Shown here: positions 40,567-53,430 of the stretch, piece after piece
How positions within the stretch are numbered: the stretch's first letter is position 1
Layout of the letters: each line of letters starts with the position of its first letter
Assembly: GCF_006345805.1 (NCBI RefSeq)
Contig: NC_043006.1
Coordinates: 66,650,001-66,714,000, forward strand
Reading direction: 5' to 3'
DNA length: 64,000 nt
Source: Octopus sinensis
Taxonomy: Eukaryota
The notes under the pieces: generated by a model
The model's database searches: none
What the model saw: only the letters and a program-made list of their open reading frames with translations
What the model was told of the DNA's origin: nothing
Made by a program: the position numbers and the translations under genes

Positions 40567-40629
40567 TTTTATTGATTTTTTTCGCTAATCATGATAATTC
40601 ATTTACGTCTACTTTAGAAAATTTTAGCT

Positions 40630-41130
40630 TATTTCAGGATAGCTAAAATATTGATGCGGATTTTCCAGTTTGTTTCTTTTTTTATGGACTTTGAGTTTGT
40701 TTGATTTTCGGGGCATCTTTCTCTGTTTTGGGTACTAACCTAATGCGTCTATAATATTTTCTTTCAGTTGTGCGAGTAGTGCTATGCCGAGTTCATTAAT
40801 CCTTAAACACTTGTATGTCTATGTTTTGTCTAGTCCTCCTCAACCCGTTATTATTTTATGTAGCATAATATGTAAATGCGCCAAATAAAAATATTTTTCT
40901 GCACATTCTGATAGGATAGTGACGTTAATTTGTGTAACATATTCATATACTTTCCGAAGAGGTGTTTCTACTTGTTTAGATCTACTTTCAAAATTGAGAT
41001 CGTTCTTATTCAAAAGACATTACAACATATTTATACGGATATAGTTTCGTTGAGCATGTTCCGTAACCTTCTGAAAGTCATACCTAATAACAGTGAACAA
41101 AAGGAGTCTTTTTGAGGTATTCTTAGATTT
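40630..41130 (-). mobile_element. Second decayed R4/Dong-like LINE fragment
   Basis: Minus strand reads TYKCLRINE and YYRRIRLVPKTE, paralleling the motifs at 37640-37760. Confidence 0.45.
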
Positions 41131-41251
41131 TATAATACTATTATTGGCTGCAGCAGCACAATTGTTTGAAATTTACGTCTATCTTTGACATATTTGATTA
41201 TTATTACTATTCTTCTTCTTCTTCTTCTTCTTCTTCTTATTATTATTATTA

Positions 41252-41308
<57 letters not shown>

Positions 41309-41333
41309 GTAGTTGTTATCATTATGTGCAAAC

Positions 41334-41550
41334 AGGTGACAAACAGGCAGAATCGTTAGAGCATCGGAAGACATGCCTGGCGGTACTTCTGACTGTTCTT
41401 TATGATGTGACTTCAAATGTCATCGAATTCAACTTTGCATTTCATTCTTTTGTGGTCGATGAAATAAAATACAAATCCTGATAATGGAGTTCAAATAAAC
41501 GGTATACATTCCTCTGAAAATACTGGCCACCTCCATCACTGGAAATTAAC
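41334..41550 (+). mobile_element. SINE family B, diverged, downstream of (CTT)n/(ATT)n
   Basis: GGCAGAATCGTTAGAGCA head and TTTGCATTTCATTCTTTTGTGGTCGAT. Confidence 0.6.
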
Positions 41551-42142
41551 ATAATAATTTGAGGCATGGAACATCCAGAGACAAGGCGGTCAATTGCTTC
41601 TGTGGTTGCTCCACAAAAGCGGTTGACAAGATCAGAATCATTTTTAGAGACTCCTTTCTTGGTGGTTTCTGATCTGCTAAAATGAATTTCTTTGTTACTG
41701 ACTTAACTTCACAGCAATCGACTGTGCGCCTCCTCGAAAATTCGGGGTCTTGTGCTTATAGAAGAAAGGATTATTATAACCATTATCATCATCATAATCA
41801 TTATCATGTCTGTCGTTGTCGTCGTCGTCATCAACACGGTCATTATCATCGTCATCATTATAATCTTCGTCCGTCAGCATCTTCATCTTTCTTATGCCAG
41901 TAAAATAATTGTCATCTGTAGGGGACGTAAATTTCAAAATGGAGCTATTTCATTAAGCATTGTTTGGAGAAGGAAAAATATTATTTGCAAAAGGAAATAA
42001 TTATTTAATGATAAGAAAAATGAAAAGAAACAATAATAAGATAATCCTTCGCTCATCCACTGAAAATTACTTTCTCTTAATCACAGAAGCATTGATTAGA
42101 TATTATAAAATCAAATTTTGTATGTATATATACATACATATA

Positions 42143-42178
<36 letters not shown>

Positions 42179-42330
42179 TGTATGTATGTATGTATGTATG
42201 TATGTATATATGTATTATGTATGTATGTATTATGTATGTATGGATATGTATGTGTGTAGATATATGTTTGTATATGTGAGTGTGCAGATGTGTTTGTGTG
42301 TGTTTGTCGTTATGTTTGTAATTATGCATA

Positions 42331-42367
<37 letters not shown>

Positions 42368-42978
42368 GCACACGCATTTATATAAATGTAATGAACATAC
42401 GTATATTTCTTTCTCCTTCTGTCTCTCTCCATATATAAATATATATATATATACATGTATATATTATATAAAGGTATATATATATATATATCTATCTATT
42501 ATATATATTTTTTATATAAATATATATATACTATACATATATATGTATATTTATATGTATGTATATATATATATATATGTGTGTGTGTGTATGTATGTAT
42601 GTGTGTATACAGCAAAGAAAGATAGAGAGCGACAGAGAGATGTATGTCTTGGTGTCCTTATTCTATTAAAATATTTCTCTCGTTTTAATAATTGAAACAT
42701 TTTTTTTATTTATATCATATCGTTGAAAGCAAAAAAAAACAAAAGATTAATAATAATAATAATATTCTTTCAAGTTAGTTATATCTTGTTTCTTTTCTTA
42801 TTTTAAAATTTCTCTTATGGCAAATTAATTCGCTTTTGTTTGCTAAATTTTTGCTATATGTAAACGTTGCTTAATTGTTTGTTTTCCACGTTTTGAATCC
42901 AATTCAACGATGTTTAAATATAGTGTGATATAGTATTTGTTTTAATATGTCTCTTTACGTATTTAACACAAATTCTGT

Positions 42979-43078
42979 NNNNNNNNNNNNNNNNNNNNNN
43001 NNNNNNNNNNNNNNNNNNNNNNNNNNNNNNNNNNNNNNNNNNNNNNNNNNNNNNNNNNNNNNNNNNNNNNNNNNNNNN
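42979..43078. other. Assembly gap (100 N)
   Basis: Run of N. Contiguity and distance across it are unknown. Confidence 1.
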
Positions 43079-43617
43079 GAAGGGAGTGCGCCACCATGAC
43101 CACACTTACATGTGTGAAATGATTAAAACACAGAGGATAAAAGATACATATGGTAATTGGATATGATGCTTCTACAGAGAATATCATGTATAATGTGTAT
43201 ATACACATATGTCATATTTTCCGTTTTGTTTATTTTCAAAATTTAGGTTTCATGATTTTTAAATAATAAGTTTTCGCCTTCATTTAGTATAAGTTGTTTA
43301 CGTTTTCCCGAGCAGCTTTACGCAAATTTATTTTTTTTATCAAGGTTGACACCTGCCGTTGCATTTCTTCTATCTATAAGTGTCAAAACTATGTATTATC
43401 CGATTAAACAGCAAAGGATGGACCATCTCCTGATTAAACTGAGTGTGCTTTCATTTTTTTCTTTATCGTCTCTTTTTGTTGCCAGTCTTAGGAAGAATAT
43501 TGCTATTTACGCAGTGCTAGAATTACTAAGGAATGTATTTGAAATGGGAAATAGATTTATAGATGAATGTAGTTTACTTTGGAGCTTCGTGAGTCTGTGT
43601 GGTTTAATAGAAATGTG

Positions 43618-43671
<54 letters not shown>

Positions 43672-43691
43672 ATTATATATACATATATATA

Positions 43692-43900
43692 CTCTTTTAC
43701 TCTTTTATTTGTTTCGGTCATTTGACTGTGGCCGTGCTGGAGCACCGCCTTTAGTCGAGCAAATCGACCCAGACTTATTCTTTGTAAGCCTAGTACTTCT
43801 ATAGGTCTCTTCATACCGAGCAGCTAACTTCCGGGGACGTAAACACACCAGCATCGGTTGTCAAGCGATGTTGGGGAAACAAATACAGACACACAGACGT

Positions 43901-43937
<37 letters not shown>

Positions 43938-44150
43938 ATATATATATATATATATATTATATATATTATATATATACATATATACATACATATATATGAC
44001 CGGCTTTTTCAGTTTCCGTCTACCAAATGCACTCACAAGGTTTTGGTTGGCCCGAGGCTATAGTAGAAGACACTTGCCCAAGGTGCCACGCGGTGTGAAT
44101 GAACCCGGAACCATGTGGTTCGTAAGTAAGCTACTTACCACACAGCCACA
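43692..44150 (-). mobile_element. SINE family A, full length
   Basis: Matches 61023-61430 end to end. Confidence 0.9.
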
Positions 44151-44154
44151 CATA

Positions 44155-44300
44155 TGTGTAAAGAACAAATAGGTGTATTAGTTTCACGCTCGGGAAGGTG
44201 AGAAAGTCTTTTGCGTCTCGAGCCTACGCTCTTCGACAGAAAGGAACACGAGAAAATAAACAAAGAGGGGGGGGAGATGCTTAATGGCTAGCGGTCGATC
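44155..44300 (-). mobile_element. Short Penelope-pLTR-like element with degenerate hammerhead
   Basis: Minus strand CTGTCGA-A-GAGC-GTAG-GCTC-GAGACGC...CCGAGCGTGAAACTAATAC. Confidence 0.55.
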
Positions 44301-44313
44301 ATATATATATTTA

Positions 44314-44584
44314 CAGATCTAGGACTTTTCGTCTAAAACACTTCTAAAAATATGCGCTATGGTCTAAAGGAGTTTGGCCTAAAATGACTTTGGTATAAAC
44401 ACCCTATAGTCTAAAGATATTTTGTCTAAAATCACATTGGTCTAATGTCTATTTTTTCTATAGAATCTTAAAAAATGTTTAAGTTACAAATAACTATACT
44501 CTAATAGACGTTTTCGTCTTTTGACAAAAATGCTTTAGATCAAAGCATCTCAGACTAAAGTGTTTTAGACGAAGTACCGTATAC
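44314..44584. mobile_element. Non-autonomous DNA element with inverted arrays of about 15-bp subterminal repeats
   Basis: Left half repeats TTGGTCTAAA-like units and right half repeats TTTAGAC-like units. TTCGTCTAAAACACTT is mirrored by AAGTGTTTTAGACGAA. Confidence 0.65.
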
Positions 44585-44657
44585 CATATATATATATATA
44601 TCCCATATATATATATATATATATACATAATATATATATATACATACATACATATAT

Positions 44658-44694
<37 letters not shown>

Positions 44695-44710
44695 ATATAT
44701 TATACATATA

Positions 44711-45325
44711 TATTAGGTCGTCAAGTATGAAATTTGTAGTAAGGTGTATGGAAAACTTTGACAGCTACTCATTTTACGCCATTATTATATTTTGACAGCC
44801 TTTATTTTTTTTCTAGAAAACTGACATCTATTTCTTTATACTAACTCATTTCGCGCTTTATAAAGTATGTATACATCGATTTTTTTGTTGCTATTTTTAT
44901 TTAGAGATGGATAAGTTGGAAATTGGTACAATTTTGAAATATGAATTCTTATATGGAAATACAGCATCACAAACTGCTCGGAATATTAAGGGTGTATTTT
45001 ATTCTAATTCACAGCAGACCGTTTGAAATTAGTTTGCAAAATTTCGTTCTGCTAACTTTGAGCTCACAAATGAGCAAAGCGGTCGACCTGAAACAAAGGT
45101 GGATAATGACGAACTGAAAGCTGCTGTCGAGTCAGATCCATCTCAAAGTGTGCGTGAATTATCGTTGTTGTATGGTGTTAGCAAGCAAACAATATTGAGT
45201 CACCAAGTTCAAGTCGGTAAACTTAAAAAGTTGGATAAGTGGGTTCGACATGAGCTCGAAACAGCAACGTTTGGAAGCCTGCATTATGGTAATTTAACGT
45301 CGCAAAAATGAATCGTTTTTGAATC
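44711..45325 (+). mobile_element. Mariner 5' half (TIR plus HTH region of transposase)
   Basis: Reads MDKLEIGTILKYEF, FAKFRSANFELTNEQSGRPETKVDNDELKAAVESDP and KKLDKWVRHEL (WVPHEL motif). Confidence 0.85.
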
Positions 45326-45329
45326 ATAC

Positions 45330-45373
<44 letters not shown>

Positions 45374-45395
45374 TATTATATATATAATATATATT

Positions 45396-45439
<44 letters not shown>

Positions 45440-45441
<2 letters not shown>

Positions 45442-45990
45442 CGTGAGATCACTAAAGACAAAGCGATATTGCTTCTGCAGTACTTCTGCAGTTTGTTTAG
45501 CATCGTGTTGGGGAATGCCGTTATATTCGATCAATGGACCAATGGGTGAGACAGAGTTCTTATGATTATTTTGGGTTCTGTTTGATTGTTTTATTACCCA
45601 CTCTTTGATTTTCGATGCAGGTTTTCATGTTGGTCTGCAGATGAAGTTTTTCCAAATCTAGCCTACGTCACCGAGAAACTCCAGCCTTTTCGTTGTTGTT
45701 GAATGTGTGGGGGAGTATTTTAATTGGTTGATATTTTTAAAATTAAATCTTTTGATGTACCTGATGATTGTTTTTCCCCTTTTAAGGGAGCCTATTTCTG
45801 TGTGTGCCAGTGGATTTCGTAGCAGCGTTTTTTGAGCATGTATAGGTGACAACCTCCTGAAAGTGCTGCCGTATCGCTTCAATGTCAGTGGAACTGAGAG
45901 TGAAGGACCAGTCAATAAAGGGCAGATCCTTTCTGATTGCTCCCCAGTCCGCTTTCTGGAAGTTTATATTGTCAAATAAGTGCAGGCTTG
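45440..45990 (-). mobile_element. CR1-group LINE fragment (APE-RT linker)
   Basis: NINFQKADWGAIRKDL..IDW parallels LNFHKANWKQI at 27350. IKQNPK and QTAEVLQKQY are also present. Confidence 0.65.
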
Positions 45991-46453
45991 TGGAATTCTC
46001 AAATTTACACCCCACCCCCACACACACGCACACTCACACGCATACACACACACATACTTATCTACATATATGCAACAGGATTTTACCGATTTCCACTCAT
46101 AAGGATTTGGTCGCATTGGGACTATAATAGAAGAGGCTTGCGAAAGGTGCCACGCAGTGGGACTGAACCTAGAAACATGTTGTTTGGATGCAATTGTCTT
46201 ACCTCACTATCCCGCACACGTGCACTCACACACATATGCGAGTAGACACACACACATACATAAACGTGTGTTCGTGATGTACAACACGGAGTTTTAATTT
46301 TCCAGCTCTCGGTACAACATATTGTCTTATGAAAGTAGATACGAATATACGTGTCAAACATTTGAGAGACATGTAGCAAGATTCTAACATGAGAAAAGAT
46401 TCAGTAGAGTAAGAAACTTAAATTATCCAGGTTGGAGTTTACGCAACAAGTCT

Positions 46454-46790
46454 GAGACCCACTTCGGTCACGACACAAACCATGGGATTGCATCTAGAAA
46501 GTTACCCTCCCAGGCACAAGTCCGGGCAAGGTTGTTTATGGAAGACCAGCAGTCACCCATGCATAACGGCCTCCTCTCTCCACGCCACCAGTGTTATCCA
46601 AGGGAAAGGCAACAGCCAATACAGCTTGGCACCTGTGGCGTCGCAACTTATTTCTACAGCTGAGTGAACTGGAGCAACGTGAAATAAAGTGTCTTGCTCA
46701 AGAACACAACACGTAGCCCAGTCCGGGATTCGAGCTCACAACCTCACGATCGTAAGCTCGACGCTCTAACCACTGAGCCATGCGCCTTCC
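46454..46790 (-). mobile_element. SINE with family C head/CORE-like domain but a different 3' module
   Basis: A box TGGCTCAGTGG, B-box-like GAGCTCGAATCC and CORE-like segment, then an unrelated body ending CCATGG...CGTGACCGAAGTGGGTCTC. Confidence 0.8.
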
Positions 46791-46844
46791 CAATAAGTAG
46801 ACACATGTAAACCATACCTGTCACATTATAATTATTCTAAGTGA

Positions 46845-47870
46845 AGGATACAGTTATTAAGTGTTGTATACTGTATCCCACTATCTTTCGCTATATTCAA
46901 AGCATCTTTGTAATCCCATCTTTTCCAGAACTCGGCGTCTTTCTGGCTCCTGGACTTATATCAATGGTTTTTACTGTCGTCTACATAAGTGAAATTCTTC
47001 TCATTAAGGGTAGTTTGTGGGTATCGAAATAAATGGTTATTCAAAGATGCGAGATGAGCTGAAAATAGTGGATGTGGCAGTGATATCCTAATCAAGCTGT
47101 ACAATTCTCTGCCGCTTCTGCCGTTACTCGTGTTTCTTTAAATATGAGATCTAGCGTTGTCCCGAAGGAAGACAACACACTTCCGATTGACCAAATCGGG
47201 AAGGTTTCACAACGATTGCATCCTTTAATAGGTCTAACTGGGACCAATGATTATCTTAGTTCAATGTCTGACTTACGAAAGGAGCTTGTAATAAACAATG
47301 CCTTCCAATCTCACCAGATATAGAGCATCACCATTAGTTACTGACCGGCTATTGCAGTGATTAAATGCCATTCATTTCACGTTTTCCGGCCCCTCATTGT
47401 TGTATTGTAAATAATCCATTTTTCATGGCCTGCGATTGTTCTTTTCCGAAATGGGTCATTTTGGTTGTGTTTGAGCAGAGAATCGCAGGTGAAAATGCCA
47501 TCCTTTAATTTCTGTTCTGTTAAATTATGAGACATCCAAACATCATAGCGAGTGACTAAAATCAACTATTTTTAAATACCTTATAAGGCTCATATGAGAC
47601 ATGTAGAGTATCTCCGCGACGTCAGGAGTGGTGTGATAAAGGTTAATTTTGATAAGTTTTTCGATTTGATCGTCGTCAATCACCGTAGGCCTTTCGCTAC
47701 AATCACAGTCTTCCAGATCACAATTGGTGGAATTCTTCTTTACGCACGGCATATAAGACCTCATAACTTATATATTCTTTTGAATTTTCAGAAAAGTTTT
47801 GCGAATTTATATACCACACGCGGGAATTCACAAGACTACGAACAAAAAATTTTTCGAAATTTAAAAAAAT
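46845..47870 (-). mobile_element. Decayed near full-length mariner transposase
   Basis: Reads CDLEDCDCSERPTVIDDDQI, DVWMSHNL, PFRKRTIAGHEKWIIYN and MVMLYIW*DWK. Confidence 0.8.
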
Positions 47871-48185
47871 AATTCTTTTTTAATTTTTCGAGTTTACTTT
47901 TTTAATTACAATCTAAAACACGGACAGTCCGAAAATGTTTATGAAGAGAAAGATATCAAAATTCATCAATACGTCAGAGTGACAAACAAATGACGCGTGT
48001 TTAATGTTGTCATGTGATGTGCTAAATATAACAGCTTAATAGCCCTTAAATCACGCAGCATTGTTTTTTTCTTTTTTTGGTGGTGGTGGTGATGTGGGGG
48101 TGAATAATCGAAAGCTTCCATGTGTGCAGAACACAAATTAGCAAAATTTTCTGAAAATTCAAAAAAGTAAAAACGTTACGTTTTG

Positions 48186-48530
48186 TTATATGCCGTGCGT
48201 ATCGCACAACCCAGCCTCACAATTTTCGCTCCTAAATCTAATGAACCGCCAACGAACTGTTCTCTCAGCTATGGCACCCACTCCATAAACAACACATATC
48301 CTTTTTGCTGTTTGTACAGCGTTTTTACTTTCTTGGAAAAAAAAGGCATGACATGACGAAAGTGTATGTCTCAGCTTCCTCCATTTTCGCAATTAACGTA
48401 AAAACATTAAAAATAAACTATTCGCGCTCTAATGATATAAAAAGAAGTGCTGAAACGCCATCTTTCAGAAGAGATATATAGATGTCATATGATATGCCTT
48501 TGTCACTTCAGAAATGGAATCACGTGTTTA
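48186..48530 (-). mobile_element. Mariner 5' fragment
   Basis: KNAVQTAKRICVVYGVGAIAERTVRWRFIRFRSEN is an HTH-region match. Confidence 0.75.
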
Positions 48531-48599
48531 AACATCACCAATAGAAATACTGAATGAACTTCTGTTCCAACACAATATTTGACGCGCTTTTGTGAAGAT

Positions 48600-49740
48600 T
48601 AAATTGCCTATTAATACGGCTAAATAATACGGACCAATACGAAGACTTAGGTAACCAGACAATTTTTTTTTGAGTGGATTCATGAAGTTTTTGTCCCGAA
48701 TGTTAAAAAATATGTGCAAGAAAAAAAATTTTCACTGAAAAGCCTTCTCGTGTTAGACAATGTTCCCGCTCACCCTCCAGGTTTGGAGGATTACTGATCA
48801 ATGGATCAACAGCTCATTGCAAACTTTAAGAAACTTTACACAAAAGCCTTGTTTCGAAAGTATTTTCAAGTCACTAATGACACTCAGTTGATTCTCAGAG
48901 AATTGTGGTAAAAATCATTTCACTATCCTGAATTCTGTTAATCTTATTGATAATGCATGGAACAAAGTGAGTTACAGAAGCATGAATTCATCACGGAGGA
49001 AACTTTGGCCAGACTGTATATCAGAAGGAGGCTTTGAGGGATTTGAGACAGCTACAAGTATTGCCGCTGTCGAACAGATTGCTATTGTTGATGATATTGT
49101 CTCTATGGGAAAAACTATGGGCTTGGATGTCAACAGTGACAATGTTGAGGAGATGGTGGAAGACCACAGAACTGAGCTTACCACCGAAATGAATAGCAAA
49201 AGACTTTCGCTGAGGAAATGTCTTTGAGGAGGAGGAGGACAGAAAGGAGTATGTCTCAAGTTCTTTAATCAAAGAAATTTGTGCTAAATGGGATGAGATG
49301 CAAAGTTTTGTGGGGGAAAATATCACCCTAATACAGTGGTAGCAAATACAGCTGTAAACCTTTTTAATGATAATGTCATGTCTCATTTTAGAAAAGATTT
49401 ACAACGCAGGCAAAAACAACTAATAACATAGGACAGGTTTTTTACTGGAAGAAATAAAAGAAACCTCAGAGAAAGATTTAAAGAGCCAAAGTGGCAGAGA
49501 AAGGAAGAAACCCCCAAAAGACAGTTACCAGAAGATTTTATGGAAGAGGGCTCCCCATCTATGAAATAACACACTTTTGTGTTTTATTTACAGTTTGAAT
49601 AAACGTTTTTATACTAAAATATATAGTGTAAGCAAGTATATAAGCATTCATCTGGGGATTAGAAAAGAATTAGTCTCTTTTACATTAATTGTAATGTGTA
49701 ACATTGATTTGTTTCTCGGACAAATCGGTTTTAGAACCTA
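48600..49740 (+). mobile_element. Tigger/pogo transposon 3' relic (DDE_1 domain)
   Basis: Reads FFEWIHEVFVPNVKKY, LLVLDNVPAHPPGLE, MDQQLIANFKKLYTKALF and RKLWPDC. Confidence 0.85.
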
Positions 49741-49854
49741 CGTTGCTTTGCTCTGTATATATATATATAACAACATGAGACAGATAAATAGTAGTTTTGA
49801 ACATAACTACACCAACCATTTTTTAGACCTTACACACAGGAACAGGGACACACG

Positions 49855-52110
49855 ATGGCAAAGGACAAACAAAAGAAACCTCAGGTAATTAAGATAATCA
49901 ATCTCTCAAACAAAGAACTTACACCTAACGAAATAAGCATACTCTCCAAAGGACTTAAATTTACACCAACCCACAACGTTCTAATTACTATGAAATGAAA
50001 GATGATATTTCGGAATTTTGCAGAGAAAACTAAGACTCACCGAGGAATTTCAAGACAAACAAATAGAGGAGGATTCAATAGCTAGAAACAAGAGCAATTA
50101 CACCCCCACCAAGGGAAAGAATAAAGCGCCTTGACCGCTATTGTGACTACATAACTAATTTCCCGTTTCAATTCATCAAGAAACAAAAACACAGCCCTAA
50201 CTTCAACAAAAGAGAATGGAACGACCTCATCAAACTAAGAGAAGACAAAGCAATAACAATTAAGGAGGCAGATAAGGCAACGCGATAGTAATAATGAATA
50301 CAAACGATTATAAAAATTTAGTGCTATCCCTATTAAGAGATGAAACGTATTATGAAAGGGCCCAACAGTATAATCAGCAAAAAATAATGCATAACCTTAG
50401 GACATTAATCAACACATACCGAGAAGGACTCACGGACAAGGAGTATGAATACATCACTAACTTCAAATGCAAATCGAGTTTGTTCTATGGTATCCCTAAA
50501 GTACACAAAAGCCAAATAATTAGAGAAACGTGCAAAACATCTACCGATATACTCATCAAAATCCCTTCACCAAATGATCTTAAACTTAGACCGATAATAG
50601 CAGGGCCAGCATGTGAGACTCACCGCCTCAGCAATTTCTTAGACACACTTCTTAAACCTTTCCTAAAACACATCAAAAGCTACGTAAGAGACGATATAGA
50701 TATGCTCAACCACCTCCCTAAAACAGTCAATGAGAAAACCCTTCTAGTATCATTCGACGTAGTTAATCTTTATTCTAACATCCCTCACAACCTAGGAATA
50801 GAAGCGATCACCTTCTGGCTGAATAACTACCCCTTTGAACTCCCAACTCGCATAAACAAAGACCTTATAATAGAGAACAATTACTTTATTTTTGACAATA
50901 ATTTCTACAGACAAAGATCGGGAACAGCGATGGGCACGCGTACTGCACCATCTTTTGCCAACCTAGTGATGGGATACCTCGAGAAAATACTCTACCAGAT
51001 AACACTCGAGAAATTTGGAAACACCTTCGCCACCTATATCCATAACAACTGGAAAAGATACCTCGATGACTGCTTCATCATCTGGGACAAAGGTATAGAG
51101 AAACTTAAGGAATTTAAAATACTATTAAATGGAATAAATGATAATATACAATTCACGATGGATCACAACGAAAAAGAATTACCATTTTAGACATCCTCAT
51201 TAAGAAAACGGCAAAAAAATAGAGACAGATATCTACTATAAACCGACAGACTCCAAACAATACCTACCCTTTGATTCATGCCACCCACGACACACTAGAA
51301 TAAATGTCCCTTTTTGTTTAGCTAGAAGGATCTGCACCATAATATCAGACACAAACACCCGACACACACGTCTCCAGGAACTTAGAACCACACTCACAAT
51401 AGAAACTATCCACAGCCCCTAATAGACATGCAATCCAAAGGGCACTCAAATTAAGTATAGAAGACTGAGAGACAACAAAACCAAAAAGAAAGAACAATTA
51501 AAAACCTTTCCTACATCTCTACACACAACCCACTCAACAATGAGGCCTTCAGCACCATACTACGAAGCACAGCCCTACTAAAGGGAGACCCAAAGATGAA
51601 CCGGATCCTCGAACACACACCATCATTAAAAGTAAACGGCAACCAAAATCCTTGAAAAGGATTTTAACCCAAGCTAAACTGCACTCAACATCAACCACAA
51701 AACCAGCAGTTAGAAAATGTGGAAGGCCCAACTGCGGAATCTGTGTCATCTTGATAGAAGGTTCAGAATTTATACTAGAACAAGGCCATCAGTTCCACCA
51801 TTAGAGCAAACTTCACCTGCGCATCAGAAAACTTAATTTATGTCATAACATGCGCAGGCTGCAATAGGCAGTATATAGCCATACAAAAAATAGCTTACGT
51901 AACAGGATGGCGGTGCATAAATCACAAATTAGAAACCCTGAATACCGGAAATACCGGTCAGCGGACACATAGATAGATGTGCTGGAAATGTAAATCCGAA
52001 ATTACAACTTACCCGCTTTATAAATTCAGTGACAACGCAACTTCACGCAACGCCAAAATAAAGAACTGTATTTCATCAAAAATTTAGACCAAGTTTAACA
52101 CCCTGGGCTA
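49855..52110 (+). pseudogene. Penelope RT-GIY-YIG polyprotein, frameshifted; longest open part 50294-51190
   Basis: Motifs continue across several 1-bp indels, and there is an apparent short in-frame deletion before ENNYF. Confidence 0.9.
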
Positions 52111-52260
52111 GGAGGAATATTAAAACAAAAGATTGGTCTCCGAAAAGGAGAAGCGAAATTCCACCACGGCCGCTACCTTAAACAGTCACTCACACTGACG
52201 GAAATATGTCTTAGGGAAAAGGGGAAAAAAATTTATAAAAAGATCTCTTCGAACAGATCT

Positions 52261-52620
52261 AATCCTGATGGACTGGCCACATACGATACAGCTAAGGGTC
52301 AGACCCGATTCTGATTGGTCGAAACATTGATGACATCTCGTTCTGCTGGACTGGCCACCTAACGGGATGATTGGTCAAAGCAATGATGACGTCTCGTTAC
52401 GCTAGACTGGCCACCTAACGGGAAACAGACAAGGGGCAGATCTAATACAGCTATAGGTCGGACCCGATTCTGATTGGTCATAATATTGATGACGTCCCGT
52501 TCTTCTTGACTAGCCACCTAACGAAACGATTGGTCAAAACGTTGATGACGTCACGTTCCGCTGGACTGGCCACCTAACAGGTGATATAAAACCCAAACAA
52601 TTCACAAGGTTCGCCAGCAC
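52261..52620 (+). promoter_or_regulatory. Putative pLTR promoter: four CCAAT(reverse)+CRE-like modules and a TATA box
   Basis: GATTGGTC at about 52313, 52369, 52472 and 52528, each followed by TGATGAC(G/A)TC. Perfect TGACGTCA at 52546-52553 and TATAAAA at 52585-52591. Confidence 0.6.
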
Positions 52621-52713
52621 TGTCCGAGCGGACACCGACCAAAAGTCATCACAGTTACTCAAGGTAAAATCTAAAATGAATTCCTCGCTTTTTCAAGAAC
52701 AGCAATTTTTTAA

Positions 52714-53301
52714 TGAATGCATATCACCACTATGAAACTATTTATATTGAATGCATATCACCACTATGAACTATTTTTATATTGAATGCATATCACACTA
52801 TGAACTATTTTTTATATTGAATGCATATCACCACTATGAACTATTTTTATATTGAATGCATATCACCACTATGAACTATTTTTTATATGAATGCATATCA
52901 CCACTATGAATATTTTATATTGAATGCATATCACCACTATGAAAATTTTTTATATTGAATGCATATCACCACTATGAACTATTTTTTATATTGAATGCAT
53001 ATCACCACTATGAACTATTGTTTATATTGAATGCATATCACCACTATGAACTATTTTTTATATTGAATGCATATCACCACTATGAACTATTTTTTATATT
53101 GAATGCATATCACCACTATGAACTATTTTTATATTGAATGCATATCCCACTATGAATATTTTTTATATTGAATGCATATCACCACTATGAACTATTTTTA
53201 TATTGAATGCATATCACCACTATGAACTATTTTTTATATTGAATGCATATCACCACTATGAACTATTTTTTATATTGAATGCATATCACCACTATGAACT
53301 A
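52714..53301 (+). repeat. 36-bp tandem array (TTGAATGCATATCACCACTATGAACTATTTTTTATA), about 17 copies
   Basis: Near-identical units differing mostly in T-run length. No spacers. Confidence 0.95.
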
Positions 53302-53430
53302 CTACATCATACTCTTTAAACATATAGCATGATCTCACTTCACTATATATGAACTTTTGACGTCTGACTCTATTGTATATTATATATGAATTTTTTATAT
53401 TTGATAGCATGAACTATCTTTTTTATATAT

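Noticed and set aside
43111-43172. 62-nt minus-strand segment between TGTAG and GTAAGT
   Set aside because: Splice-like signals alone are common by chance, the product is unrecognisable, and it is adjacent to the assembly gap.
52714-53301. 36-bp repeats of CRISPR-like length, and the LNAYHHYELFFI repeat ORF
   Set aside because: Head-to-tail units without spacers; frequent 1-bp length variants break any reading frame.
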